Shown here piece after piece: positions 1 to 8,228 of a DNA stretch of 64,000 nt. The DNA is taken from NCBI GenBank assembly GCA_046704725.1, contig JBJKRI010000007.1:24291-88290 (forward strand). Direction: 5' to 3'. A model generated the notes under the pieces. It was not told the origin of the DNA and ran no database searches. It saw nothing but the letters and a program-made list of their open reading frames with translations. Source of the DNA: Candidatus Woesearchaeota archaeon. Lineage in GTDB: Archaea > Nanobdellota > Nanobdellia > Woesearchaeales > SKIA01. The position numbers and the translations under genes were made by a program. Every line of letters begins with the position of its first letter. Within the stretch, counting starts at the first letter, position 1.

Positions 1-92
1 CCGGGACTGCTCCCGTCATGGGAAACTCGGTGATAATGAGCTCCCTCGGCCCGTAGGCCTCATTGGTAGTGATGGCGAATCGTCAGAGACTT

Positions 93-1019
93 TTAAGCTT
101 GTCGGGCCCGCGCGTATGCGTCTTCCATCGTCTGGCTGAGCCTTGCCGTCGCTTCGGTCGTTCGGCAGGTAAGTTCGACGATGGGGATTTCGAGGCATTC
201 CTTGAGCAACGCAGCGTTCTCCTCGGGAGCGATATGGAGCATGCTGGTCACGATTCCGTCCGGCGTGACGTTGAACATATGAGCCATCGCTCGTTGTGCC
301 CGCAGTGCGTGCGCACCAATCTCGGCAAGGGAGTAGACGGTTGGAAGCTCGAATTGCGTCGCGCTCCCAGCGTCTTGCAGATTCATACCCGCATCGAGCC
401 TGGCGATCAGGTTGGTCGTGAAGTCAGGTATTGTCAGTCCACGGAGCGCTTCGATAGAGGTTTGGATGGTGCTTGAATCACCTTCTTGGGAGAATTCGCA
501 CAGCATCGCGTAGGTCTCGATTCCGACCCGTGCCGTCAGGTAGCGCGTGGCAGCGTCCTGTAGATCCCCTTCATGCGCTAGGCAGCTTGCGATATCATCG
601 GAGTGATCGCCGTTCGCTTTGTAGTCTGGATTATGGGCGTCGTGGTACGCGTGCCCGAGTTCGTGCGCGGCGGTGACGGCGGTCGGCTCACCGAAGAACG
701 TGATCCTTCCTCGTTCGGAGTTGTACACCCCAAGGATAGCGCCGACGCGCATAGGCACCGGTTCAGAGAAGCCAAGAATCTTTCCCGCGAGTGGAACCTT
801 GCTCGCGAACATCGCATTCTCGTACGTGTAAAACACTCTTTCAGCGCGGACACGCACGCCGACGCGCCGGGGCGGAACGTCAAGCTTCGCTGCGAGTTTC
901 GCGCTCTCTGCCTTTACTAACCGCATGGCGCGCGGATACTCGCGCAGCGACCAATAGTCGTCCAATAGTCTCCCGACGATGATCGATGATGTCGTGGAAA
1001 ACTGCTCAAGAGGCATCAT
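93..1019 (-). CDS. hypothetical protein with zincin-like HExxH motif
   Basis: 308-aa ORF containing TAAHELGHAYH; AT-rich promoter-like region upstream (1020-1055). Confidence 0.65.
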   Translation of the reverse strand: MMPLEQFSTTSSIIVGRLLDDYWSLREYPRAMRLVKAESAKLAAKLDVPPRRVGVRVRAERVFYTYENAMFASKVPLAGKILGFSEPVPMRVGAILGVYNSERGRITFFGEPTAVTAAHELGHAYHDAHNPDYKANGDHSDDIASCLAHEGDLQDAATRYLTARVGIETYAMLCEFSQEGDSSTIQTSIEALRGLTIPDFTTNLIARLDAGMNLQDAGSATQFELPTVYSLAEIGAHALRAQRAMAHMFNVTPDGIVTSMLHIAPEENAALLKECLEIPIVELTCRTTEATARLSQTMEDAYARARQA

Positions 1020-1122
1020 ATGATAAGAAATTCAGCATCATTTAACTACTTTTCAGTAGGATTTTCATCCGTTGGTTTGAATGACAGAAAAAGCATATAA
1101 CAAGCGATAGTCCTTCAATCCT

Positions 1123-1434
1123 ATGGCGCTCATCTCAGTGTATGTGACCTCCCCGAGCATGGAGGAGGCGCGGCGTATCGCCAAGCATCTCTTGGATAAG
1201 CGTCTGGTCGCATGCGCCAACCATTTCCCCATCTCGTCTGATTTCCTCTGGGACGGGAGGCTGCGCTCGGAGGAGGAGGTCGTCTCGCTCCTCAAGACCG
1301 TGCCGGAGAATTGGGAGCGCGTGCGCGACGAGATCGCGCACATCCATCCCGACAAGGTCCCGTGCATCCTGCGCTACGCTATAGAGGCAAGCGACGGCTA
1401 CGAGGATTGGGTGCGCGATTCCACCGACAGCTGA
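1123..1434 (+). CDS. cutA: divalent-cation tolerance protein CutA
   Basis: VYVTSPSMEEARRIAKHLLDKRLVACAN...HPDKVPCI...YEDWV, typical CutA1 motifs, 103 aa. Confidence 0.93.
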   Translation: MALISVYVTSPSMEEARRIAKHLLDKRLVACANHFPISSDFLWDGRLRSEEEVVSLLKTVPENWERVRDEIAHIHPDKVPCILRYAIEASDGYEDWVRDSTDS

Positions 1435-1443
1435 AATGTCGTT

Positions 1444-1884
1444 CTAGGCGAACCAGCCGAAGACGTGCGCGAGCACGCCCGCGAAGAACACCTTGATGCT
1501 CGACGAGAGGCTCAGCCCGTGCACGGTGATCTCGCCGTCGTTGTAGGCCTTGATGCCGGTGATGTTGCCGTCCTGCATCTGCGTGAGCGTGCAGGCCGTG
1601 GTCGTCGCAAGGTACTCTGGCGTGCGGTTCGTGCTGTTGTCGATGCTGATGTTGCCGTCCGTGACCTCGGCGTACAATATGGTGCCGCTCACGTTGAGCT
1701 TGACGACGGTGTTGGTCCCGACGATGCTGTCCGCCGGCGCGAGCTGGTGGATGTCCATGCCGTTGGCCTGGTCGAGATAGCTCTGCCAGCCCGAGCAATC
1801 AGCGGCGTGCGCGGCTCCCGCGAAGGCGAGGAGCAATACGCTCGTCGTGAGAAGGAATAGCGTGATTGATTTGGTGTTTCTCAT
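1444..1884 (-). CDS. secreted/membrane protein, possible SCP2-like lipid-binding fold
   Basis: Signal peptide from ATG 1884 (MRNTKSITLFLL...); C-terminal TLTQMQDGNITGIKAYNDGEITVHG resembles the SCP2 C-terminal pattern. Confidence 0.55.
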   Translation of the reverse strand: MRNTKSITLFLLTTSVLLLAFAGAAHAADCSGWQSYLDQANGMDIHQLAPADSIVGTNTVVKLNVSGTILYAEVTDGNISIDNSTNRTPEYLATTTACTLTQMQDGNITGIKAYNDGEITVHGLSLSSSIKVFFAGVLAHVFGWFA

Positions 1885-1950
1885 CCTGCGCTGATAGAGC
1901 ACCCCTTTATCCGTCTTATGGTAGAAGAGAAAAAGAAAGGAAAAAGAGGT

Positions 1951-2985
1951 TCAGCCGAGCGTTCCGGTCGCTGACACGTTCACGCCGTTCGTGTTCGCGC
2001 CGACAGTGGCCTGCGCGTCGCTGCCGGAGTTGCCTTCGGATCCGTTCGCGCTCGTGTTCGCGCGGATCATGAGCCCTTCAGAACGGTTCTCGAGCCGCTG
2101 CGTAGTCTGGTTCGCGACCTCCTGCAACTGCTCTTTCGCGCGCTCCGACGCGTTCGCGGTGTGGTTGAGCGCGACGTTGATGCCGAGCGTGGCCGAGCCG
2201 TTGAGGCGCGCTTGGATGTTCTCGAGCTGCGTCCTCAGGCTGTTCGTGAACTCCGCGTCCGTCTCCGCTCGCGCGTTCTTCGCGCGCTCGTTGATGCGTG
2301 CGGCGATGTCGCGTGCAGAGGATTCGAGCGTCGCTTTCAGGCCGGTGCCGTTCTCCAGGCGGTCCTGCAATTCTTGCGCTTGCGCGTCGCTCAGGTTGAG
2401 CAGCACCTTCGCTTTCGTTCTGGCGTGCTCGCTCTTGAGTATCGCGGTCCCGTCCGTCTGCTCGGCCTTCGCGGCGATGTCGGAGAAGACCTGTTCGATG
2501 TGCGCGTATTGCGTCGCGTTCATCGTCGCGTTGTCGCGAGAGAGTATCTCGTCGTGCACCGCGATGACGTGCTGGTAGTGCTGCAGCAGTTGCGTCTGGA
2601 TCTGCGCGCTCGTCGTGATGGCGGCCTGCGCTTTGGCGGCGCTGCCGTCGGTCTCAATCGAGTCGATCGCTTTTTGCACGCCGGTCATCGTCTTGTTGTA
2701 CTCTTTCGCCGCCACTTCGGCGTCCGCGGTCTTGTTCTCATTGACCATGGCCTGCAGCTCGGCGAGGTGCTCGTCGGCGATCTGCAATCCCACGCTCGCT
2801 TTCGCTTGCGGATTGGTCGCGAAGAACAACCGTATGTTGTTCCATGCGAGCTTGAGCGGGTACAATGCGCTGTCGGGCGTTATCCCCGCATGCACGCTCG
2901 CTTGTGCCTGCGTGCTCGCTGCGAGCGCTCCTGCGGGCACGAGCGCCAGCATGAGCGCGATCGCGAGTGTCTGTCCGATTCTCAT
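1951..2985 (-). CDS. secreted DUF5667-domain helical protein
   Basis: Signal peptide, then AGITPDSALYPLKLAWNNIRLFF (DUF5667-like signature) and Ala/Gln-rich helices. Confidence 0.75.
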   Translation of the reverse strand: MRIGQTLAIALMLALVPAGALAASTQAQASVHAGITPDSALYPLKLAWNNIRLFFATNPQAKASVGLQIADEHLAELQAMVNENKTADAEVAAKEYNKTMTGVQKAIDSIETDGSAAKAQAAITTSAQIQTQLLQHYQHVIAVHDEILSRDNATMNATQYAHIEQVFSDIAAKAEQTDGTAILKSEHARTKAKVLLNLSDAQAQELQDRLENGTGLKATLESSARDIAARINERAKNARAETDAEFTNSLRTQLENIQARLNGSATLGINVALNHTANASERAKEQLQEVANQTTQRLENRSEGLMIRANTSANGSEGNSGSDAQATVGANTNGVNVSATGTLG

Positions 2986-3095
2986 TGTCTTTCCTCCGGG
3001 CGCCAGATGCGCGGCGCCCAGCAGGCAATGGGCGGGCAGCTACTTAGTTTCTCTGCGATACGCGCTGAAACAAGGTGAAACAGCCCGAAACAGCC

Positions 3096-3881
3096 CTATT
3101 TCTTGAGCCGGATCTTGTTGGTGTTGCCGTAGGGAATCTTCTCGACGACTCCCTTGGCCTCGAGGCTGCGCAGCTTGCGGGAGACCTTCACCTTGCTCAT
3201 GCCACTCTGCTGCTGCAGTTCTTTCTGCCAGAGCCCGTCGTGGTGCGCGGTGAGTATCTCGACGAGCTGTTTCTCTTCCTCGAAGAGGTTCTTGGTCAGC
3301 TCCTCCGTCCGCTTCATGAGCCGTCTGGAGAGGATGACGACGAGCACGGCCACCAGCGCGAGCGCTAGTGCTATGGCGACATACCAGCCGGACGCGTTGT
3401 CGGGCAGCTGGTAGGCGATGAAGACCGCTCGCGACGGCTCCAGGTCCTGTTGCTGCCAGCTGAAGATGAGGTGCGTGCCGTCCGTCCTGCTCTGCGTCGG
3501 CAGTGGATGCACGCTCGGCGCGGGGTCGGTGAGATCCTTCACAAGCGTGGCGTGCGGCGGCAACTCGACCGTGAGCCGCGTGATATTCGCTCGTACCTCC
3601 CCGAAATCCACGACGAAGTACCGATCCGTCGTGTGCTCGAGCACGCTCGCTGTCGTGTAGCTGACGGTGTGCGGTCCTGCCTGCAGGACCACGGGGCGTG
3701 TGCTCGCGTTGCCGTCCACGAGCAGGCCCGTGGCGTCGTCGGGCACCGGCAACCGCAGCGCTTGCGTCGCGTGCACGCTGAGGTTGACCTGGGCGTGGCT
3801 GTCGCTGACGACGTAGGTGGCGGTGAGGGTGCTCGCGCTCGCCAATGGTACGAGTAGCAGAGCGATGATGAGCCAGCGCAT
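3096..3881 (-). CDS. membrane-anchored protein with C-terminal winged helix-turn-helix (COG2512-like)
   Basis: Signal peptide, extracellular domain, TM helix, then LFEEEKQLVEIL...QKELQQQSGMSKVKVSRKLRSLEAKGVVEKIPYGNTNKIRL. Confidence 0.85.
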   Translation of the reverse strand: MRWLIIALLLVPLASASTLTATYVVSDSHAQVNLSVHATQALRLPVPDDATGLLVDGNASTRPVVLQAGPHTVSYTTASVLEHTTDRYFVVDFGEVRANITRLTVELPPHATLVKDLTDPAPSVHPLPTQSRTDGTHLIFSWQQQDLEPSRAVFIAYQLPDNASGWYVAIALALALVAVLVVILSRRLMKRTEELTKNLFEEEKQLVEILTAHHDGLWQKELQQQSGMSKVKVSRKLRSLEAKGVVEKIPYGNTNKIRLKK

Positions 3882-3958
3882 GGTTTGCCAGTGCCATACA
3901 TCCATTTAAGCTTTCTCGGCACGCACGCTTTATATAGAACGGTGTTCGGCAACACGCC

Positions 3959-4822
3959 ATGCTCACTTACGCGGTCGCTTTTCTCGGTGTCCTCATCGGC
4001 ACGCTCACCGACCTCAAGAAGCGAGAGGTCCCTGATTGGGTGAACTATTCGCTCATCGCGGCCGGCCTGGGCTTCGCGGTGATCGCCGCTGCTTCCACGC
4101 AGCGTTGGTTGGGCCTCGCAGAATCCCTCGCGGGTCTTGTCGCGTGCTTCGTGCTCGGCGCGCTCATGTACTACACCGGACAGTGGGGTGGCGGTGATGC
4201 CAAGCTTATCATGGGCTTCGGCGCGCTCTTCGGCCTGCCCCTAACCACGGCTGGCTGGTCCGCGCCGCCTTTTCTCGTCGTCTTCCTCGTCGCGACGTTG
4301 TTCTCCGGGGCGGTGTACGGCCTGCTCTGGATGCTCTCGCTCATGGTTATCCGCAGGAAGGATTTCGTCCCCGCTTTCGCAAAGCGCATGCACGATCCTG
4401 CCCTGCTCCGCCTGCGCAAGCTCGTCATCGGTTTCGCCATCATCCTGCTCGTCGCCGGCTTCGTCTTCCCCGGCCCCGGCACGATCGTCCTGCTCGTCCT
4501 CGCGGCGATGATCTACCTGCTCTTCTACCTCTCCATTGCGGTCAAGGTCGTCGAGAGCGTGTGCTTTGTCAAGGAGGTCCCTATAGGGAAGCTCGTCGAG
4601 GGTGATTGGATCGTTGGCGAGGTGAGAAAGGATGGCAAGGTCTTGGTGCCCGAGAAGAATCCGGGCCTCACCAAGAAGCAATTGGCCGCTTTGGAGAAGC
4701 ACAAGGTGAAGAGCGTGACCGTCAAGGAGGGCATCCCTTTCGTTCCCTCGTTCCTCATCGCTTTTGTCGTCGCGTACGCGTTGATGCCGCTTCTCACATC
4801 GTGGCCACTCCTGCCGATTTGA
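3959..4822 (+). CDS. A24 prepilin/prearchaellin peptidase (FlaK/PibD-like)
   Basis: TDLKKREVPD, WGGGDAKL aspartyl motifs, C-terminal GIPFVPSFL; multiple TM helices. Confidence 0.92.
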   Translation: MLTYAVAFLGVLIGTLTDLKKREVPDWVNYSLIAAGLGFAVIAAASTQRWLGLAESLAGLVACFVLGALMYYTGQWGGGDAKLIMGFGALFGLPLTTAGWSAPPFLVVFLVATLFSGAVYGLLWMLSLMVIRRKDFVPAFAKRMHDPALLRLRKLVIGFAIILLVAGFVFPGPGTIVLLVLAAMIYLLFYLSIAVKVVESVCFVKEVPIGKLVEGDWIVGEVRKDGKVLVPEKNPGLTKKQLAALEKHKVKSVTVKEGIPFVPSFLIAFVVAYALMPLLTSWPLLPI

Positions 4823-4862
4823 AACCACCATACAGTGGGTAATCACACTACACATTTTTATA

Positions 4863-5474
4863 GTGGATTGGAATCGCGTAGACGTGGCGAGCAGATATAG
4901 CACTCCTGCAATTCCAGCAAACCCCACATCCAGGAACATGCTCCAGAGGGTGTATGAATCCTACAAACGCTTGCTCGATGACTGGTTCTATGCCAAAGCG
5001 ATCATCGGCAAAGACGGGAAAGAGATCGTCGTGTACAAGGTCCGCACAATGTTCAAGGATGCCGACGCGCGATGGGAAGAGGTAGTCGCTGCGAACGGCA
5101 TCGGCTCGTACGGCAAGATCAAGGACGACCCGCGCATCATACCTTCACGCAGGTGGATGCGCCGAAGGTCGGTGGACGAGCTCCCACAGATCCCATCCAT
5201 ATTCAAAGGAGATCTGTCTCTGGTGGGAATCCGTGGAAAAGGCTCTCAGGGGCGGTCGATAGTCTCTGAGCGCACGCGCCAGCGCGCGTTCAGGTTCAGG
5301 CCCGGATTCATTCCGGCGCAGTACGCGTACAAAGGGTTGGACACGCCAAGACGTATCGAAGCGTCGATGCGACTGTACTTGCGGCAGAAAGAGCACCATC
5401 CGCTGTGGACCGACACACGCCACCTTGCGGTCGCTGTGTACAACCATTTCACGGGAAAAGTGCGCAACGAGTGA
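4863..5474 (+). CDS. bacterial sugar transferase / phosphoglycosyl transferase-like protein (divergent)
   Basis: KRLLD, GKDGK..YKVRTM, KIKDDPRI, SVDELPQ, GDLSLVG motifs; start uncertain (GTG 4863 or ATG 4938). Confidence 0.75.
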   Translation: MDWNRVDVASRYSTPAIPANPTSRNMLQRVYESYKRLLDDWFYAKAIIGKDGKEIVVYKVRTMFKDADARWEEVVAANGIGSYGKIKDDPRIIPSRRWMRRRSVDELPQIPSIFKGDLSLVGIRGKGSQGRSIVSERTRQRAFRFRPGFIPAQYAYKGLDTPRRIEASMRLYLRQKEHHPLWTDTRHLAVAVYNHFTGKVRNE

Positions 5475-5509
5475 ACCCTTATAAGCGGAACCGCGTTCCG
5501 CCAGCACAC

Positions 5510-5621
5510 GCTCCTGTAGTCTAGCCTGGATATGATCGGGGCCTCCGGAGGCGCTGCAGAGCGCATCCACCAGCGGCGCTGGAGAGAGCCTTGGGCCGGG
5601 GTTCGAATCCCCGCGGGAGCA
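5510..5621 (+). tRNA. tRNA-Arg(CCG) with 38-nt intron (5549-5586) at position 37/38
   Basis: Acceptor GCTCCTG/CGGGAGC+A; anticodon arm GGGGC-CTCCGG|A-GCCTT; T arm CGGGG-TTCGAAT-CCCCG; full bulge-helix-bulge; CTTATAAG at 5478-5485. Confidence 0.92.
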
Positions 5622-5663
5622 TGCAGCATGCGACCAGTGGAGCCAACAACACGGTTGTTGGGT

Positions 5664-5675
5664 CCCGCGGGAGCA
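5664..5675 (+). repeat. 12-bp direct repeat of tRNA-Arg 3' end (att-like scar)
   Basis: CCCGCGGGAGCA at 5610-5621 and 5664-5675; preceded by hairpin CCAACAAC-ACG-GTTGTTGG (5643-5661). Confidence 0.75.
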
Positions 5676-5728
5676 GTCATCGTGCGACGGTCCACAGCGT
5701 TTATGAACGCTCGCGCCATATCGCCTCC

Positions 5729-5890
5729 ATGGCGAAATCCAAGGATAATACGGCGTGGGCCTTCACCGGTGCGTTTGTCTTGCTCGGCATGGGGTTCGGT
5801 TTCTTGTTCGGCCAACTCGTGGCGGGCATCTTCATCGGCGTCGGTCTCGGCATCCTCATTTCCGTCATCGCCCAGCTTCGGCGCGGCTAG
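5729..5890 (+). CDS. small two-TM membrane protein
   Basis: MAKSKDNTAWAFTGAFVLLGMGFGFLFGQLVAGIFIGVGLGILISVIAQLRRG; TTTATGAA ~25 bp upstream. Confidence 0.75.
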   Translation: MAKSKDNTAWAFTGAFVLLGMGFGFLFGQLVAGIFIGVGLGILISVIAQLRRG

Positions 5891-6252
5891 TCCCCGAAGA
5901 GCAGGTACAGGACGGCCGCGAACATGACCAGCCCGTAGATGCAGTTCGGCAGGCCGAGCAGCCAGCCAAACACGCTCTGCGACAGCTCGATCGCCCCGAA
6001 AACCAACGAGAAGAGCAGTCCCGCCAATGCGAAGGCCCGCGCCGCGCCGCGCGCCGCTTGCCACCGCCGCATCGCCAGGGCCGAGAGGAAGGTGCCTGTG
6101 AAGAGGAGAAAGCCGTACAGGCACGTCGGATACCCGAGCCATTGGATGCAACCGCCAGTGCACTTCCCCGCGAGGAGCGTGCTCAGGTACAGCCCACCAC
6201 TGAACAAGAGGCCCACTGCAGACAGCACGAGTGCCCAGTCGCTTTTTCGCAT
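5887..6252 (-). CDS. VKOR-like small membrane protein with internal Cys repeat
   Basis: Four TM segments; CTGGC loop; LGYPTCLYG and LGLPNCIYG repeats. Confidence 0.6.
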   Translation of the reverse strand: MRKSDWALVLSAVGLLFSGGLYLSTLLAGKCTGGCIQWLGYPTCLYGFLLFTGTFLSALAMRRWQAARGAARAFALAGLLFSLVFGAIELSQSVFGWLLGLPNCIYGLVMFAAVLYLLFGD

Positions 6253-6382
6253 GCCCGCCCCACCGCAAATCGTCTTTTAAAGGCACGGTACGGCGCAGTG
6301 TAGCGGCTTTTTCGTCCCTACCGAAAAGCTTTATAAGGGATGTCCACGCTTTCAGGCCGCAGCGACGCGTTGCGCAGGAAAA

Positions 6383-7645
6383 GTGGTGATCAAGGACCTT
6401 CTCAATAAAGTCAGCAAGCCTCAAGAGCCCACTCCTGAGGTCAAGGCCTTGCGCGACAAGCTCGCCAAGCTCCAGCAGCGCGGCGCAGCGCCGAAAAAGG
6501 AGCAGCCCAGACCACAACCCACCAAACCCGTCCAGCAGCCGGAGGACGAGGTATCCAAGCTCACCAAGGCCTCCGAGGAGGAGCAACGCCGTTTCGCGCA
6601 GGCACGGGACCCCGCGCTCAAGCTCAAGGAGGAGCGCACCCACAAGCTCGTGGCAAAGCAGGTCGCCGAGATGATCGAGCTGTCCACCGAGCTCAACAAG
6701 CGCCTCGCCAAGCTCGAGCAGGAGAAGCAGGCCTCCGAGCACAAGCTCGAGGAGATCGAGAAGCGCAACGAGGAGATGCAGGAGAAGATGGATGTCATCG
6801 ACCAGCGTCTCGAGAAGTTCATGGGGTTGTATGAGGTGGTCACCAACCAGTACAATCCCTTCGCCGACGTTAAGAAGGGCGACAAGCCGCCAGGCACGGT
6901 TCCCGAAGGTGGCAAGCCTGCGAACGTACAGGTCTCCGACAATCTCACGGGAAAGCGCGAGGCGGTTCCTATCAAGCAGGGCGAGATGAGCAGCGAGAAC
7001 GCCAAGAAGATCGAGCGGCTCTTGGCCGAGCTTGAGCACGACGAGCAGGAGAAGCGCGATCTCGGCGAGGACGCCGCGGCGAACATCGAGGGGCGCGAGC
7101 GCAAGACCCAGCAGGACGTCGTGGCCCAGATGCACCTGCTCCTCGGCGACTTCGAGGGTCGCCTCAAACAGTATCTGGACGATTCGGTCCAGAAGAAGCT
7201 CCATTCGGCCTTCTCCGAGCTCGAGACGGTGCTCAACAAGGAGATCGGCGAGGCCGTCAAGGAGGAGGTCACCAAGCTCAAGGGCACCGACGATATCATC
7301 GCCGGCGCTCTGCAGGAGATGGAGCAGCTCTCCAAGCAGGCCAACACCCCTGACGAGTATCAGAAGGAGGAGAAGCAGGTCGAGCAGCAGGTCCGCCACC
7401 TCGACGATTCCATCAAGGCCATCCCGCCGTCATTGTATTTCCGTCTAAACGACGGTTCTATCCTCAAGAGTCGCGAGGACCTCGTCAAGGCCCTCCAGAG
7501 CATGGACGACGCCGTTTTCCGCCATCATGTCTCGGGCGAGCGCAACGATTTCGCCGATTGGCTCGAGCTCGCCCTCAATGACACCTCGGGCAAGGACCTG
7601 CGCGGCAAGTCCAAAGACGAGATGGTGAAGGCGCTCCAACAGTAG
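6383..7645 (+). CDS. archaellum accessory ArlC/D/E-like coiled-coil protein fused to a C-terminal DUF5752-like domain
   Basis: LYEVVTNQYNPF motif after a coiled coil (FlaC-type); C-terminal FRLNDG.ILKS..DL...L..MDD.VF.HHV...RNDFADW; directly upstream of arlG-J. Confidence 0.75.
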   Translation: MVIKDLLNKVSKPQEPTPEVKALRDKLAKLQQRGAAPKKEQPRPQPTKPVQQPEDEVSKLTKASEEEQRRFAQARDPALKLKEERTHKLVAKQVAEMIELSTELNKRLAKLEQEKQASEHKLEEIEKRNEEMQEKMDVIDQRLEKFMGLYEVVTNQYNPFADVKKGDKPPGTVPEGGKPANVQVSDNLTGKREAVPIKQGEMSSENAKKIERLLAELEHDEQEKRDLGEDAAANIEGRERKTQQDVVAQMHLLLGDFEGRLKQYLDDSVQKKLHSAFSELETVLNKEIGEAVKEEVTKLKGTDDIIAGALQEMEQLSKQANTPDEYQKEEKQVEQQVRHLDDSIKAIPPSLYFRLNDGSILKSREDLVKALQSMDDAVFRHHVSGERNDFADWLELALNDTSGKDLRGKSKDEMVKALQQ

Positions 7646-7675
7646 CTTTTCGCTTCTCCCGAAAAAACAGAAATC

Positions 7676-7733
7676 TTTATAAATCGTTGCAGTACTTAAA
7701 TGGTCACTACCTTAGTATACGTTTCAGTATACG
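7676..7733 (+). promoter_or_regulatory. putative promoter of the arlG-J operon with tandem palindromic sites
   Basis: TTTATAAA at 7676-7683; AGTATACG direct repeat at 7714-7721 and 7726-7733. Confidence 0.45.
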
Positions 7734-7748
7734 GGGATAGGAGCGAAA

Positions 7749-8228
7749 ATGGTGTTGCAGGGACGCAGAGGAGCGGAGAATGTCATCGCCTCACTCATAC
7801 TCTTCATCGCAGTCATGGCGCTCGCCACCACCACCACGATCGTCTTCAAGAACTACCTCGACAAGAGCGCCAACGCGGTCAACACCCAGCAGACCAAGAG
7901 CGTGGACGTCATGCAGACGAGCTTCACCATCGACAGCGCGGCATACAACGGAGTCAACACCACGCGCATCTACGTGAAGAACACCGGCAGCACCCAGTTC
8001 GACCCCGGCAACATCGACGTCTACCTCAACGGCGTGCGCATCCCAAGGAGCAACGCCAACCGCACCATCAACGTCACACCCGATACAGACACCATCAACA
8101 CAGGCATCTGGGATCCGGGCGAGGAGCTCGAGATCGACATCAACCACAGCTTCACGAGCAGCTCCACGCAAACGATACTCGTCGCCGCCCCGAACGGCGT
8201 GACCGCGACGGGGGAGTTCAGTAGCTGA
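7749..8228 (+). CDS. flaG: archaellum protein ArlG (FlaG)
   Basis: N-terminal VIASLILFIAV helix, IYVKNTGS, WDPGEELEI; position in cluster. Confidence 0.82.
   Translation: MVLQGRRGAENVIASLILFIAVMALATTTTIVFKNYLDKSANAVNTQQTKSVDVMQTSFTIDSAAYNGVNTTRIYVKNTGSTQFDPGNIDVYLNGVRIPRSNANRTINVTPDTDTINTGIWDPGEELEIDINHSFTSSSTQTILVAAPNGVTATGEFSS

Noticed and set aside
5246-7399. 717-aa minus-strand ORF and other long antisense ORFs (e.g. 11391-12941, 14000-15448, 54032-55405)
   Set aside because: Shadow frames of GC-rich genes; they overlap well-supported genes and a tRNA and have no motifs.
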